In this document: positions 1-13,278 of the stretch, one piece after another
Layout: every line of letters starts with the position of its first letter
How positions within the stretch are numbered: position 1 is the first letter of the stretch
DNA from: Psilocybe cubensis
Taxonomy: Eukaryota
Assembly (NCBI GenBank): GCA_017499595.2
Contig: CM039000.1
Span: 3,720,001 to 3,784,000, forward strand
Length of the DNA stretch: 64,000 nucleotides
Reading direction: 5' to 3'
The notes under the pieces: generated by a model
Seen by the model: the letters and a program-made list of their open reading frames with translations, nothing else
The model's database searches: none
What the model was told of the DNA's origin: nothing
Translations under genes and position numbers: made by a program

Positions 1-2594
1 GACCACGACGCGTGCCGGATGGACGCTTTGTAGTGTACACTAACATAAGTACGATATTACTCAAAAAAAATTTTCGATTTCGATTTTCGATTTTTGATGC
101 TCTCAGTGGTTTTTACTTTACCTGATTTCTGGTTTCTGCTTCTGCTTCTGCTTCTCCTTCAGCTCCGATTTTCACCTTTTTGCGAGCCGGTCTAAATTTT
201 AACTTCAGACTACAGACTTCCAAAGCTTCAGACGTCTGATATAGTAGGCTTTGAATTTTGACTTGCTTCATAGAGCGTTTTAGCTTAGATATTTAGAAGC
301 TAGCTTGTATTGTTTTTCTTAATCCATACCGTGCTTGTCCCCAGCTTGAGTCTCCCTGCATATCCTACAGTCCAAGTATTCCATTTAACTGAACGTCTAA
401 ATTCATTCATCTTCATTAGATAGCTTACCTACACACTGTTCTCAGTTCCACCCATATTCAAGCAGACCGAACACAAAGGGGTAAAAAATTAACAATCCCT
501 CCTCATTTTCGAATCATGTCGATGATAACCGGGAAAGAAAATTACTAAATCTCCCCTGGTGCCTAGACTCCTCGACCAAAAGGTGTTCGATTCCCTTGTA
601 CCCTACACACTACATAAGCTTCAAACACACTCAAGTTAATTCTACACACATGTTAACTGACAGTGTATACCCACGGTATGCCAAATGAAAAGGAGAAAAA
701 CAGCCATCTACAAATTCCCCACTCGTCTTTCACGATCTCGTCAATCGACAGCCCCCCCCCCCCCCCCCTCAAGTTCGATCCTCCCTCCCGAGTTTCCGAG
801 TTTTCCGACTCTCCGACTCTCCGTCCGTCCATCCGGCATCAAAATTGAAAATCTGTTTTTCTTAATTTTAAACATTCTGTGTGAAGCCGTGCTATTTTTA
901 AAACCCAATAATGGCCCTTGGGGGAAAAAATAAATGGGATCAGGATCAGACATTTTTGCGAAGTCCTGAACGTTGAACTCCCATTGGCCCAACGGACTCT
1001 TTCAGTCAGCCGCGTCGATCAGAAAATCAGAGAAGGAATTTCGACGGGACGCGTATGTAAGTATAGATTATACGGACGGGTACACGTCCCATCACGATCA
1101 AGCATGTGTGTAAGCATGTGGTTAATTCTAATTAAACGGACAAAACGTCTTGAAGAACTTGGGCACAAGGATAAGGATGAGGAACAAGGACACGAACGAG
1201 GCGCGTGTGTAACGTCTATACAATCATCCCATAACTTTGTTGTCCGTGTTAGCGAGCGAGTGGGCCCACCAGCCCATACGACGCGCCGAATATCTTCACA
1301 CTTTGCATAGTTCTGCGACGGATGTACAGGGCTTGATAATCACAATCATGCATCAGTCTGGACGTTCTCTGAATCCGAATCCCATGTTTCATTGGCTGTA
1401 GCAAGGTTAGTGATTGAAGAGAAGCCTGAAAATTTACCGCACAATTTGCGCACCGCAGGGTGCAAAGAGGGGAAAGGACAGTGTGAGTTTGTGTGTATGT
1501 AAGGACCTTTGGCAGGTCATATCAGGCCACGGTGAAGCGAGGTGACACGACCGGGACAGATTCGAGTCCGGTGAGAAAAGATGTGAACCATCGAAAAGAA
1601 GAGGCCCTGAATGAACATTGCCGGGTGTAAGCATAGTACATTCAGAGTCAGAGTAATGCATACGCATAAGCTTCGTAGCTGACAGTGGCTGAGCAGTGAA
1701 ATGTAAATAGTAAGCTACGAGCCGAACAGCGGCTCCGCGAAGGAACGTATGATTCCCGTCAAATTAATGAACTGAAAAGGAATGAACAGAATGACAATAG
1801 GGCATTGCATTACTTAGCCAGGGCACGATATGTTAATCGAAGCGACATGTGCGTCAAAAAATAGCTCATGGCGTTCCTTGCCCAAACAAAACATAAGCGA
1901 TGGTGCCGTATGCTTTGGCGGTACCTGCAAATACCGCCCGCAAGTCAAACTCCCCATGTCCCTGGTGAGTTACCATTGTGCACGGATGCATGAATGGAAT
2001 GGTGCAATTTACGAGACAAGTTAGTCGCCTATCTGGCTGTCTGGTCTGACAAACTCAAACAGTTATTTGACGAGGGTCTGGACTGTACCAACAGTTGACA
2101 GATGATTCTGCATGATGCGAGAAGCATGGAGGACATTATCTGTGGTCAGTTGAATGAATGAATGAGTGAGAGAATAACGCTTTGAAAGGGATGTCCAGAC
2201 ACACCTTGTCCTGCAAGCCACGAAGCGCATTTTGATATGTCAGAAACATACAACCGTGACTCAAGCAAGGTAATATTTCCAGATGATCTTCTCCCCCGCC
2301 CAGTGACGGAAGCCAATTCCAGATATTGATTGTCAGTCCATGGCCACGGAATCGGGAGAATACACATGTCGGAATACACTTTGATCAACGGAAGAACTTC
2401 AAAGAATGCCTATGAATATCCCAGCGACAGCAAAGAGACATATTGCTGTGAACCGTTTGTGATGATCAAGTTACAAAGTTTGATGGGACGTGCACATACA
2501 CCTATGACTTCGGAGAGATCATGGTTTTCCCATATTGCAGAACACGTATGGCCAAATAATTATGCTGGGGTAACATTCATTATGAAATGATAAG

Positions 2595-3491
2595 CTATGA
2601 ATCGAGAGCAGGTGCTGCTGCATCCGAAATATTAACGATCGTCCCGTCATCACAGATGACACGGAATCGGACTGTCAACCAGAAAAAAGCGATGTGAAAC
2701 TCGACCATACCACTTAAGGATCATCAAAACTCACGAACGGTGAACGGTACGCCTTTTTCTTTTCGTATGCTCGTGAAGTACAAGGTTCCAGATCCTGTAC
2801 GTGTATTGAATTTGTATTAGTATATGTCCAATCCAAGAACAGGTTTGTTGACCAGCGGAACAACGCACCTTTTGAACCCCTAACTCTAAAGCTCACATCG
2901 ATGTTACCTTGCAGTTGGCTAATCTAATATAGCGTAAAAGGGCATTAGGATGTTCCTCCGAAGTGCATACAAAAACGAGTTCCACATGGAACTCAGAAAA
3001 AAACATAACTCACCCGTCCCTTTACATGTGGATCACCATTCAGATACCATTCAGGCTGAGGCCTGATGGCCTCACCCAAAACCTCCCGCAATTGAGAATC
3101 TGACTTCAAAGCACGGACAATACTTCGAAACACGGAACTGGACAGCTTCTCTTGGTTCGTAGCGAAGGTCATAAAAGCAGCCCAACCAGCCACACCTGTG
3201 ACCAGCAACCCGAGCGCGATTGGCCATTTTGACTGGCGATAGCAGTTAGCATCGCAATACCCAGGGATGCAATGTCAAACACTTTCTTACCTGTGCCCTT
3301 GGAAGTTCTCTGAATGGTGGGTGTTTCGCATAGTAAGGACGAGGCCTTGATGTATCCGAAAAAGTTTCAACTACAGGCTGTGATCTTGGTGGTGGTGGCC
3401 GTGGAAGTTCCGTGGCAAAGTTTCTTGCCGAATTTTTGAGTAGAAAACGCGTCGGTGCCACCCTAGGCCCCGCTAATCGTAGTGCAGGCAT
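2595..3491 (-). CDS. COA1: Mitochondrial cytochrome c oxidase assembly factor Coa1-like (DUF1783), multi-exon
   Basis: Arg-rich presequence-like N-terminus (ORF 3246-3491). One TM segment followed by NQEKLSSSVFRSIVRALK...LGEAIRPQPEWYLNGDPHVKG (2993-3208). Later exons read ISQLQGNIDVSFRVRGSK, LYFTSIRKEKG and RFRVICDDGTIVNI, with the stop at 2595-2597. Confidence 0.75.
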
Positions 3492-3854
3492 TACCGAAGG
3501 TGTAGAAACAAGATAAATAGCAAGTACAAGTCGCTGAAATGCCGGTCTTCAATCGGAAAACGCGTTGTCGGCTTTCCGTCACAGGACCGGTCACAAAGAC
3601 GCCCGACGAATTCACGTGCGTTGGTTGAACCCAATCTTATCTTATCTAGGCGAACCCCCGCTCGAACTCGTTCAACCATTGATACTACCATACATTTGTA
3701 AATTGTGGATCATTAGTGACCAACGGCAGATTCCACATAGATCCATATTAAATAATAAAATAGTCGCCACTAGATGCCTGAACACTAAAAGTACAAATGT
3801 CCCATCGCTATCGCACAACTCTCCATGTTTGACATATATAACTGCTTCCCCTAG

Positions 3855-6800
3855 CTATTCAGAGGATCTGTGTTGCGAAGCACCCTTTCTTCTCAAGATA
3901 CTCTTCGACAAAGAAAGCACATTTGATACAGATTCCTTCCCTTTGTTCGACGAAGACCGTCGCGGGAGGATGTTTTGCTTCGACATTCGCCGTTCGGATA
4001 GGTTGGTCTGAACACGCCGCATTTCCACCCCGTTCTCTTCTGTGGCAAAGTCGAAACCACGATCGACAGAGGTGAGGCCTGTAGACATATCTGTCCTACT
4101 GGCAGACCGGATATCCATAGAGGGACGAGGGAACCTGCGTTCCAAAGTGTCGACGCTGCTGGCACGAGAATTGCGTCGCGACATCCTCGATGGTCTGCGC
4201 TGAAGAGCAGAAAGATCGGAAGGCGGTTGATTGGAACGAGAAAACGAAGAAAAGTCACGATGTGGGTATAGCTTTTGCAGGTATTGAAAGGTTTCGAGGT
4301 CTCCAGGTTGAAAACTAGATCTCCAGAATTTGTACATGAAACGAGGAGTAAGGGCGAGAGTGAATGTCACAAGAATTGCCAGATAGAAGTAAGCAGAGGT
4401 GAAGAGATAGAAATAATTGCCGTATAGCATGGTGACGGCATAACCAGGAGAAACAAGAGAATATATAATCTGGTGTTGATATAAGAACAATAATCGTATT
4501 TAAATGAGCACCGAAACTCACCGTGAATGCCCATTGTATGATGATGCCAATGAAGATAGCAAAAACAAGCCACCATGTCCATGCGGTACCACTGAATCCA
4601 GTGAAGATGTTGGCGACGAGAACTCCTGAGAGAGCCATGGTCTACATCCACCAAAAAACTAATGAGGAAGGGGTAAATTTCAATAATGTTAAAAACCCAC
4701 CGTCGAAAATTCATGAAGATACACATCGTATCCATCCTTTCTTGATGAAGTTGACGTGTATGCGTAAAGGGTAATGAAGTAGATTATTGCTGACTGAAAA
4801 AAAGGAAACTAGTCAGGGGACGGAACAAGGCAAAATGACGTCAAAATACCTGAACAATTCCGTCTAATACATGGATCAAGAAGGACCGTAAGTTGAACCA
4901 AGTGCCTTCGCGACCATATCGATACAGTTCTGGAACTTCCATCAGGATACGGGAGTCTGCGGGCATTACTTCAGACTCGGAAATGCTGGGAGGTAGGACA
5001 CAATAGTGACTAACCAAGGAATCGATCGAAAATGCCAATGCCAACGACAGGTGCAATTGTCCATAACGAGTTCCAGAACAAAATGTATGTGTAATCGAAG
5101 ACACTGAGGGTACAATTTTACATCAGGATCAGCTAATATGTGAGGAACGAGAACGTACTAGTTTGCGCTCCATCCATCATATATCTGGAACCAGAAGAGG
5201 ATGCCTGTAGGAACAATGTTTTTGTAGAAAAAGTTGAGGATCCTGTAAGAAACCAAACACCGTCAGGGAACTAATTCGGCTGTGGCGAGTGGACGTACAT
5301 GACACCATTGCGAGCATAGGACCAATGTCCATGGACGAGGAGAAGTTTCTTCAGAAAGCGGAACTACTCCATTCAATCAGAATGGTTCCAATTATCTGCA
5401 CAAGTAAGAAGCTCACCTGTGCAATGGCATAATCGGAGGAGTTGACAGCCTGCAAACCTTCTTCTCCAGAGATACCCACACCAACATCTGCGGCTTGAAT
5501 CATACTAACGTCGTTGGCACCATCTCCGATGGCCAATGTCATCGCACCCAAGCCATCTTTGACGAGCTTTACCACTAATGCCTTTTGAAGCGGGGACACA
5601 CGACAACAAATTACACCATCGCATAGAATTGACAATTTGAGTAGGATGCCTTTGTTTACATCATCGGCAAACGCCTTCCAAAGATACTAATCAGTACTAA
5701 TGTTTTGAAGGAGAATAAAACGAGGCACTGACCTCGAGCAATGCAGCTCCATCAACAACGAGGATGAAGCCGCCTGGACGATCTCCGTTCTCTGGACCAA
5801 CAATGGAACTAACACCGGTGTTTATCCTTCGAAGGGGTATCTCGGGCAATGTCTCCTCATTTTTTGTTTGTTGCAAAGTTTCGTAATCCTGTTCTGGGAA
5901 GAATTGCGCAAGGGCATTAAGCATTTGAGTCTGTACCGGTCGAGAACTTCCTCCTCGAACAATGATGATGTTTGAATCATGGCTGATCAAATTAGTGCTT
6001 CGTCCGATGGCTACAAGTATATATACGAGCACAGTTAGTTTACGCTACAGAAATATATATTATTGGGACTGACCGACGGCCGTTTCAAGTTTGTCTCCTG
6101 TAGCCACCCAAATTTTGATACCCGCCTTCTTAAGGTCGGCAATCGTCTCTGGTACACCGTCCTGCAAACGATCTTCAATCGCAGTGGCTCCTAAAAGATG
6201 CAAGCTTTGTTCTAGTTCATTGGCGACGGATTCAACGCGTTCTTCACGGTTATCAAGAGCATTCAATGCGTCTTGATACCGAAGTCTCCAAGCGTTGTAT
6301 TCATCCTCTGCTCGTAATAGATCAGAAAGACAAAGAAAAATATTTGTTGTGTTACACACCTGGGATGGTTTTGTAGGCAAGAGTCAATGTTCGCAATCCC
6401 GTTGAAGCAAATTCACTCAAATGACTCTCCGTCTCTTCCTTCATTTCGTCTTCACCTGGTCGCAAACGTTCGAAGACGACATTATCGGCCCCTTTTGTGA
6501 GTAGCAGCAACTCACTTCCTTCAACGTCCAACCTCCGAAGAACAACACTCATGCGTTTACGAGCGCTGGTAAATTCCAATATCTCCAAAAGTTCATACTT
6601 CTCCACCTCCGCGGATCTTGGCGTCCTCAAAGATAAAACCTCCTTGTCTTTGCCGAGAAAAACGAAACCCATGTCTGCAGCCGCCTGGACAAGAGCAGAT
6701 TCGTCCGGTGATTGGGCCTTATACTCTATTGTACCAGTCTCTGGGTTGTTGGCCGCAATAACTGTGTGACACAGCGAGAGGACAGTGAAGAACGCATTGA

Positions 6801-8779
6801 TAATGGAAGCATCTGAGGATGAATCATGGTTGGCATTTGGCCTAGAAGCAGCTTCTATGTCGCTGGACAGAACTGAATCTTTGAATGTTTCGTCGTTGTT
6901 GGCCATTAAAGAATTCTTTTTACTCAAGGAGGCGTTGACGCTGTGAGAACTTGTGCTTGGCTGTGCGCTTGCCGCCCAAAGGTCAACTTCAACAGTTTCT
7001 TTTGTCGGTTCATTGACTATAGATGAAGGTTTATCTTCCATCTCGTCCTCGGCCAATGCATCGCTGTCACCTCTATAAGCCTTGCCTGCTATCGAGCACA
7101 TCCGAAATACCATGGAATTCTGCATATAAGTTTGTCATTGAGACGGAGATAGTTCTCATTATACAATCAAAACTGACCTGCGTCAGAGTGCCCGTTTTGT
7201 CCGAGAATATATACTGTATCTGGCCAAGGTCGTCAGAGAGATTCCAACTTCGCGCTTGAGTTGCTTGTCCGGTTTTTTGATAACATATATCCGAATCGAA
7301 GTAAATAAAGGCAGCTTGACAAGTGCGGACAACTTCAATGGATATGTATAGCGAGATGGGAACAATGTCTTGGAAACTGTAGCCACATAGTCAGAATGAT
7401 GATTAAACCCAATGCAGATAAGATGACGCACGTCAAAAGAGCGAACGCCCAAGTAATTAAACCATTGATCCTTGGATTATCATCACTCCTGTTATCCTCG
7501 AAAAGCCATGGTGCACCTAACGGGTAGAATTTAACTTCCAAGAGAGAGTCAGCGATTGCGCAAACTACAGCCATGGCAGCCAAGATGATGAGATTGACAA
7601 TACTAAAAATAAGCAAGAAATAAGGATCAATCGGAATGGAAACAGTCAGACATGGGACGTACACTTGTGGATTCATCTGCCTTTCAACCTTGCTTCGTTT
7701 ACTAGGAGTTCCACCTGAATTCATGACAATTTTGGAGTCAAGACCAGTGAAAAGAACAACACCAATTGCCCAAGCCGTGTTCTTCAAAACAGTTCCACGA
7801 AGGAGTGTCGTTGACAAGTCAACAGGCGAAGTATCGTTTCCTATTGTAACATTGCCGTTGAGCCTATACATGTCAGTGTCTGGGCGCTCGCACTGAATTC
7901 GAAATGAATTACGACCATCGGCGCAAGCTCTAGCGTTGTTAAGATGATTGAGAGCAGGGACGCCTCGACGCGACTTGAGGTTGGTCTCTCCATCTAGATT
8001 TTTTGTCTCGACGAATGCAACACTTTCGTCTTCGGAAGTAGAACATATCAGTATATCTGCCGGGAAGGCTTCGTGATCCATAATCTTCACAAAGTCGCCG
8101 ACTCGGACGTCTTCCCACAAGGTTTCTTTCCAATAAGGTAAATCTACTTCGTCAGAGTGTTCATAATCGTATTCGGCAGATTTGACTCCTGTCGTTATAG
8201 GTCTTGAGCGCATTGGAAGTATACCCCTGATAAACGTTTTGCTTTTATCTTCAGTCCTGTTTGGATTCGTCCAGTTCCCACCCGACAGAACAAAAACCTT
8301 GCTATAATTCACCCTTCTATCGGATTGATGCCGCTTGAAGTCTTCGTATCCATCCTTCAATGCAGTCACAGTTACAATAATGACCAACGGTAGGATGACA
8401 ACTCCAGCTGATAGTGTTGAAAACTTTGGGAAGAATTGAAGGACTGCAATACCTAGAAAGAAACTGAATGGATGATAAGAAGACGCATCTGAACGAGAAC
8501 GGAAACTTACATGTTCGCTACACGCCTGAACTGCTCGAACAGATTTCGAGGAATAAAGGTTATGAGAGTATACTTGGAGGTGATGACCTGGTTGGTAGTA
8601 TAAACGTGATCGCGCTTCACCCTGCCCTTGGGATCCAAGCATTCCTGAGGCAGCGGTTGGTTCACATATACGGTTCTTGGCGGTCCTGGCGGGCGTTTAC
8701 GAGTGAAGAGATCCTCCAGTTTAAAGGCAGCCAAGCGCGCAAGCAAACTGGGCTGCCCAGCTTTAGTGGACCCGGCCAT
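3855..8779 (-). CDS. DNF1: P4-type ATPase phospholipid flippase (Dnf1/Dnf2-like), multi-exon
   Basis: Contains [30 protein letters not shown], phosphorylation motif [11 protein letters not shown] (~7180-7210), [50 protein letters not shown] and [13 protein letters not shown]. Confidence 0.93.
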
Positions 8780-9432
8780 TGACGAGAGGAAAGACGTGGA
8801 AGTGACGATCGTCCGGAATGGCTCTGACCAATCTCTTCAGTGGCCACTGATAGTCACCCGGAGTTCCCAAGTCCTTTTTTTGGAATACTCGGACTATGAA
8901 TCAGCTGGTGAAGCGGCATGGTGATGTTTGATAGCGGCTTGAAACGCGTCTACGGTAAGTAGGACCCGATGAGAATCGTGGTGCCGCTCGCCATTGCGAT
9001 GGCGTATGACAAGGTACATTTGCACGTAGTATTGCAGCGGCTGGATGCGGGCATTGACGAATATATGGTAAGCTTCAAGCTAACGGCCTGAAGGTAAAGG
9101 ATCAGAGCAGAGAACAACTATGGGATAAAATCGACAAACCGGGAAATATCCAAAGCGTGACATAGAATAACCGGGTCCGAACATTCCGCGTCCTCAGTCA
9201 TGTTGTACATGTCATACCGCATCATGAAATAGGCGTGATAGATAAAGAGCTCACGAAAGTTGATGCGATAATATAAAATATAAGAGCTGCAGATTGAGAG
9301 TTTGGTATTACAAATGGACGAAAGAAGAGGGTATAATCCATGAGAAAAATGCCGAAGATAAAACGTATGAAATGAGGGATAAAATAAGGAACCAGGGCCC
9401 TTCGGAGCCCACATTCGTGACTCAAAACCGAA

Positions 9433-12400
9433 TCATGCATTCTCTACTTTTGTGGCCTTCGGTAAGCGAGAGGGAGACATGGCTTGTAATGATTGAGCCG
9501 TCACTGTGTTCGAGAATGGGAGCATTTCCAAGCCTTGTGGTAGTCCCAACGTGTATTTTCGAGGCGAAACTCTCCGACGTTTAAGTGAAATCTCAGATGG
9601 CGCAAGCGGTGATAAAAAATCTGCACCTTCTTCTGGCTCTGGGTCCAAAAGATCGTAGTCTTCCTCATCCGATTGGCTTTCAACTTTGGTTTGCTTCTTA
9701 CGCCTGGAAGGTCCGACACTCGCACTTGCTGTCCGAGCCTTCCGTTTCCTCGATGAATGAGCATTTGTCCCTACTTGCGGCTGGCTCTCGTCTTTGACCC
9801 AGCAAATTTCGACAGCGACCTTTGCACGATGGAGACAGTCAAACCAGACTTTCTGATTTGCTTGTGGAGAGTCGCCAGGACCTTTAACCTCCACAAATTT
9901 GCAAATGCCTCCGTGTTCCCCTTCCTGTGCTTTCCATATGAAAAGATCAGGACCCCCACTGCTTCTGCCTTTGTAGTCATCGCAGAAATGTTGGCATATT
10001 GTGGCCAACGAGTTCGCCCCAAAACACTGGATAGAAAATGAGAATGCATGAGATAAGCATTAGAAGCGAAAGCATACCTCAAGAATGTCAAGAAGCTCTT
10101 CTCTGGTACATAAATCCCAATTTACGCCAATGCACCACGTTTTCTTCTCTCGGTAAGCATTGTCGTGCTTCTCCGCAATATCGCGCCAGTTGCCATTCCT
10201 TATCTCATCTAACCTTCGATCGATGAGGTCTTTTCTCGCATCCTTGAATGTTTCTTCAAACATGTCAAGAGGAGCTTCTTGATACATTGTTTCGAATGCT
10301 CCTGGCACATCTGCGAAAATGATATCCCAGAAAAGAAGGGCAAATATGGTAGTAAGGATCCTGGTCTCGCAATGGAAACTGTCACATATATACCAATCAA
10401 TATACTTCTGTAATGGTCTGCAAAGATAGCGGAGACAAACCCTTTGAAACCCTGCTCCTCGTAATGTTCTAGCGCGCGTTGCTCGACATTGACGATCTCG
10501 CCATTCCTTCCTTTCCAGCTGGATTTCTGGCCCAACTTCTTTTTCGTGAGTTGCGCCTAATAAACAGTCAAAAAGGTTCAATTATGGTGCCCAGCAACTG
10601 ACCTCAGGAGGTTTGCTGTCATTAGTGGAATTACTCTTCACCCCAACGTAAGCGTATATTCCTCCTTGGGCATTTTCTTTCTGCAAGCCTTGTCTGTCGA
10701 ACTGTGGAGGATAAACCCTTGTCGCATAAAGCGTCGTCTCTGGAGCAGGTTCGAGTTTTCCTTCGGAACGAGACCGTTCGCTCGGTGGCACCCCAAGTTT
10801 GATTTCGAGGCTTAACAGTCGTTTGACGAGTCCAGGCCGGAAAACTGAAATGCTGTATCAACACTGTTCTTGTAATACAAAACCCGACGTACCCAAGGTG
10901 GTGTCTTCATCCTGGAGGGCCTCTTTGACACCTTCCAGTGTTTCTATCATGAGCTCTTGTTTGTCCTCCTTGGTTCCAGCTTGACGTGTAAGGTGACCCA
11001 AGATGATCGCTCGTCGTTCATACCACTGTGAGCGCTTTCCGCGTCTCCAAAATGTCTGGTTGAGCAAGTCGTTGATGATTTTAAGCTCCTGCTTATATTC
11101 TTTCAGAGGGCCTAGTGCTTTAGTGGCCTTGTGCAGCATGCGGGTGAAAACATGGCCTGTGTATGTTGAGTACAGGCTCTGCATTCCCAGGCAAAGGACG
11201 ACATACCGCTCTCAAATCGTTCCAGTCCCGGTGGTCTCAAGTTATCGATTTCAGCACGCCGCTTATTGATGCAGTTTTGCCATTCTGGATATATCCATTC
11301 ATCAAGATATTTTTTGATTTGCTCCTCCTTGCTAACCATACTAAGAGGTGATTCTTCTGCCTCCACACCTTTGGACTCGTCTTCTTCGTCTTCCGATTCT
11401 TCCTCTTTCTTTACAAAGGGCGTCTTGGACGCTTTGATGTTCGAAATGCTACCAGGTGTCTTCAGAGGCGTTGTACAGGGTGCCCCCGAGGCAGTGTTGA
11501 TAGGAGTGCTAAACTTGTCTTTCGCTCGGACAGAAGGTGCCTTTGTACTGCGGCGGCTAGACTTGTCTTCAATAGCGTCTATAAGCTCGTCCAAAATGCT
11601 GTTCAACTCCAAAGCACGTTCATATTCAAGAAGTTCATCCCTTGAGGACCAGATATTGTTGCTGCGGGCATATTGGTATCCGGTATAGTCTCTCTTCTTG
11701 AATCTGGTAAGTAGCGCAGGAAGTAAGAGGGCAGTCGGGTGTTCGGTTTCGCGGTAACAAATGATGTGTAGACGTCGGACGAGTCGATAAAATTCGTGTT
11801 TGACACGGACACATTTGCCTGGGGGTGCACACGTAAGCGCGCAGAATATTGACAAATCAGACACTTACCTAGCTCCTTCAAAGCCATTCCCTTGAGATGC
11901 TCCTCTTGTGTAATTTTTCCCTTCTTCCTGGGTCGAGTTCTGACAAAAGGGAGTTGGGATTGTTTTAGATGCTTGTCAATGGTCTTCCCTTTCCCCCTGT
12001 AGTCAGGAAGGATTGATTGAGTAGCTGCGCTACACTGAAGCATATAGATCATGTCGGATTTCTGCCATGTATCAGATAGACAATTCTGCGACAAAATTTG
12101 TGGACGACACCTTGCTGCCCGGTTTGAATTTGCACCTGAACCTTTTACCCAGCTCCTTCAGTTGAGGAATTGCAAGCCTTCCAAGAACTTCACTAGTAGA
12201 CATGCAGGACTCATCTTCGCAAAAGCGGTCGAGAATCCCTTCATCTTCCGGAGGTTGAAGAAGAGCATGCAGACGTTCCTCGGGGGTTAGTTCTCTTGAA
12301 ACCCTTGTTTCTTCGCGCGGATTACTCTCATCCGAGATTTCAGGTGACGATGGTATAACAACCGGTTTGACGTCCTCTTCGTCGCTGTACATAGTAAGGT

Positions 12401-13006
12401 CAATGATTTCATGCCCATCTGCTGTCCTCTCAGGGGGTATCTCGGTTTTCGCTGTCTCCTCCATCTTGGGTTCATACTTTTGATTCATAATTTGTTCGAT
12501 AGGTTGGCACAAATCCGAGATTGCATGTTCCACCGAACCAGGACCTAGTTCTCTCTCGTAATTTGTCAAGGCGGAGAGGGGGTGCCATTGATCTGCTTTG
12601 CGCAGAACGAGCCGCACCAGGCAGTACCGTGCGTTATCTAGCAGGTCGTAAATCAAAGTCAAAAAGGCTGAGGTGGCTGGCCTTACAAGACAGCATGCTA
12701 AAGTTTTGTAGCAGGTCAATTTCCTGAGGACTTAGTAAAAAAGGTTCGTCCTTTAATACCGTTGATATCATTTCTATCGGACAGGGTTATTACACGGAAT
12801 ACTATTTGGAAAAGAAGATTCAACACACCTTCAAATACGCTAACATATGCTGACGGCCATTGTGATTTGTCTTGACTGGGTCTGTCTTCCTCGACCTTGT
12901 CCAGCCTCTCCTCGAGAGAGTCCAGCGAAGCTTGAAGGGTATCGCCCCCACCAAATATGAGTTGCCATTCAGTTTGAAGTCTTCTAGAAAGCTTGAAGTT
13001 ATTCAT
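9433..13006 (-). CDS. FAN1: Fanconi-associated nuclease 1 homolog (VRR-NUC domain), multi-exon
   Basis: C-terminal VRR-NUC/PD-(D/E)xK core GGPDLFIW...KFVEVKGPGD...NQKVW. Also NVEQRALEHY, HCETRILTTIFALLFWDIIF...FET.YQEAPLD, the TPR-like RGKRSQWYERRAII and N-terminal CLVRLVLRKADQW. Confidence 0.9.
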
Positions 13007-13182
13007 AATCTTAAAATCAGTTCATTAAATAAAAAAAAGAGTATATGTTACAGAAAGTAGATGGATGTTGGTCAAGTTAGATTGACACTTGACCCGAGTG
13101 AACACAATTATTGCGTGTGACAATGTGCCCGTGGAAAAAATACACAGTGTCACATAGTAACTAAGCCACATGATTCGTCACA

Positions 13183-13198
13183 ACGCGTTTCAACGCGT
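13183..13198. promoter_or_regulatory. Tandem ACGCGT (MCB-like) boxes upstream of FAN1
   Basis: ACGCGT at 13183-13188 and 13193-13198, about 180 bp upstream of the predicted ATG at 13006. Confidence 0.4.
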
Positions 13199-13278
13199 TG
13201 TTCACAAAGCGTGACTGTCCTGGTGTACCAGATTGCTGTGAGTGTATACATATATGATATAATTAGACAGGATGGTAA

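Noticed and set aside
1-2590. Short ORFs, a 17-nt poly-C run (752-768), TTCTGC microrepeats and an imperfect hairpin at ~1043-1093
   Set aside because: No recognisable protein motifs and no paired termini within the window. It may be a TE remnant, but this cannot be supported.
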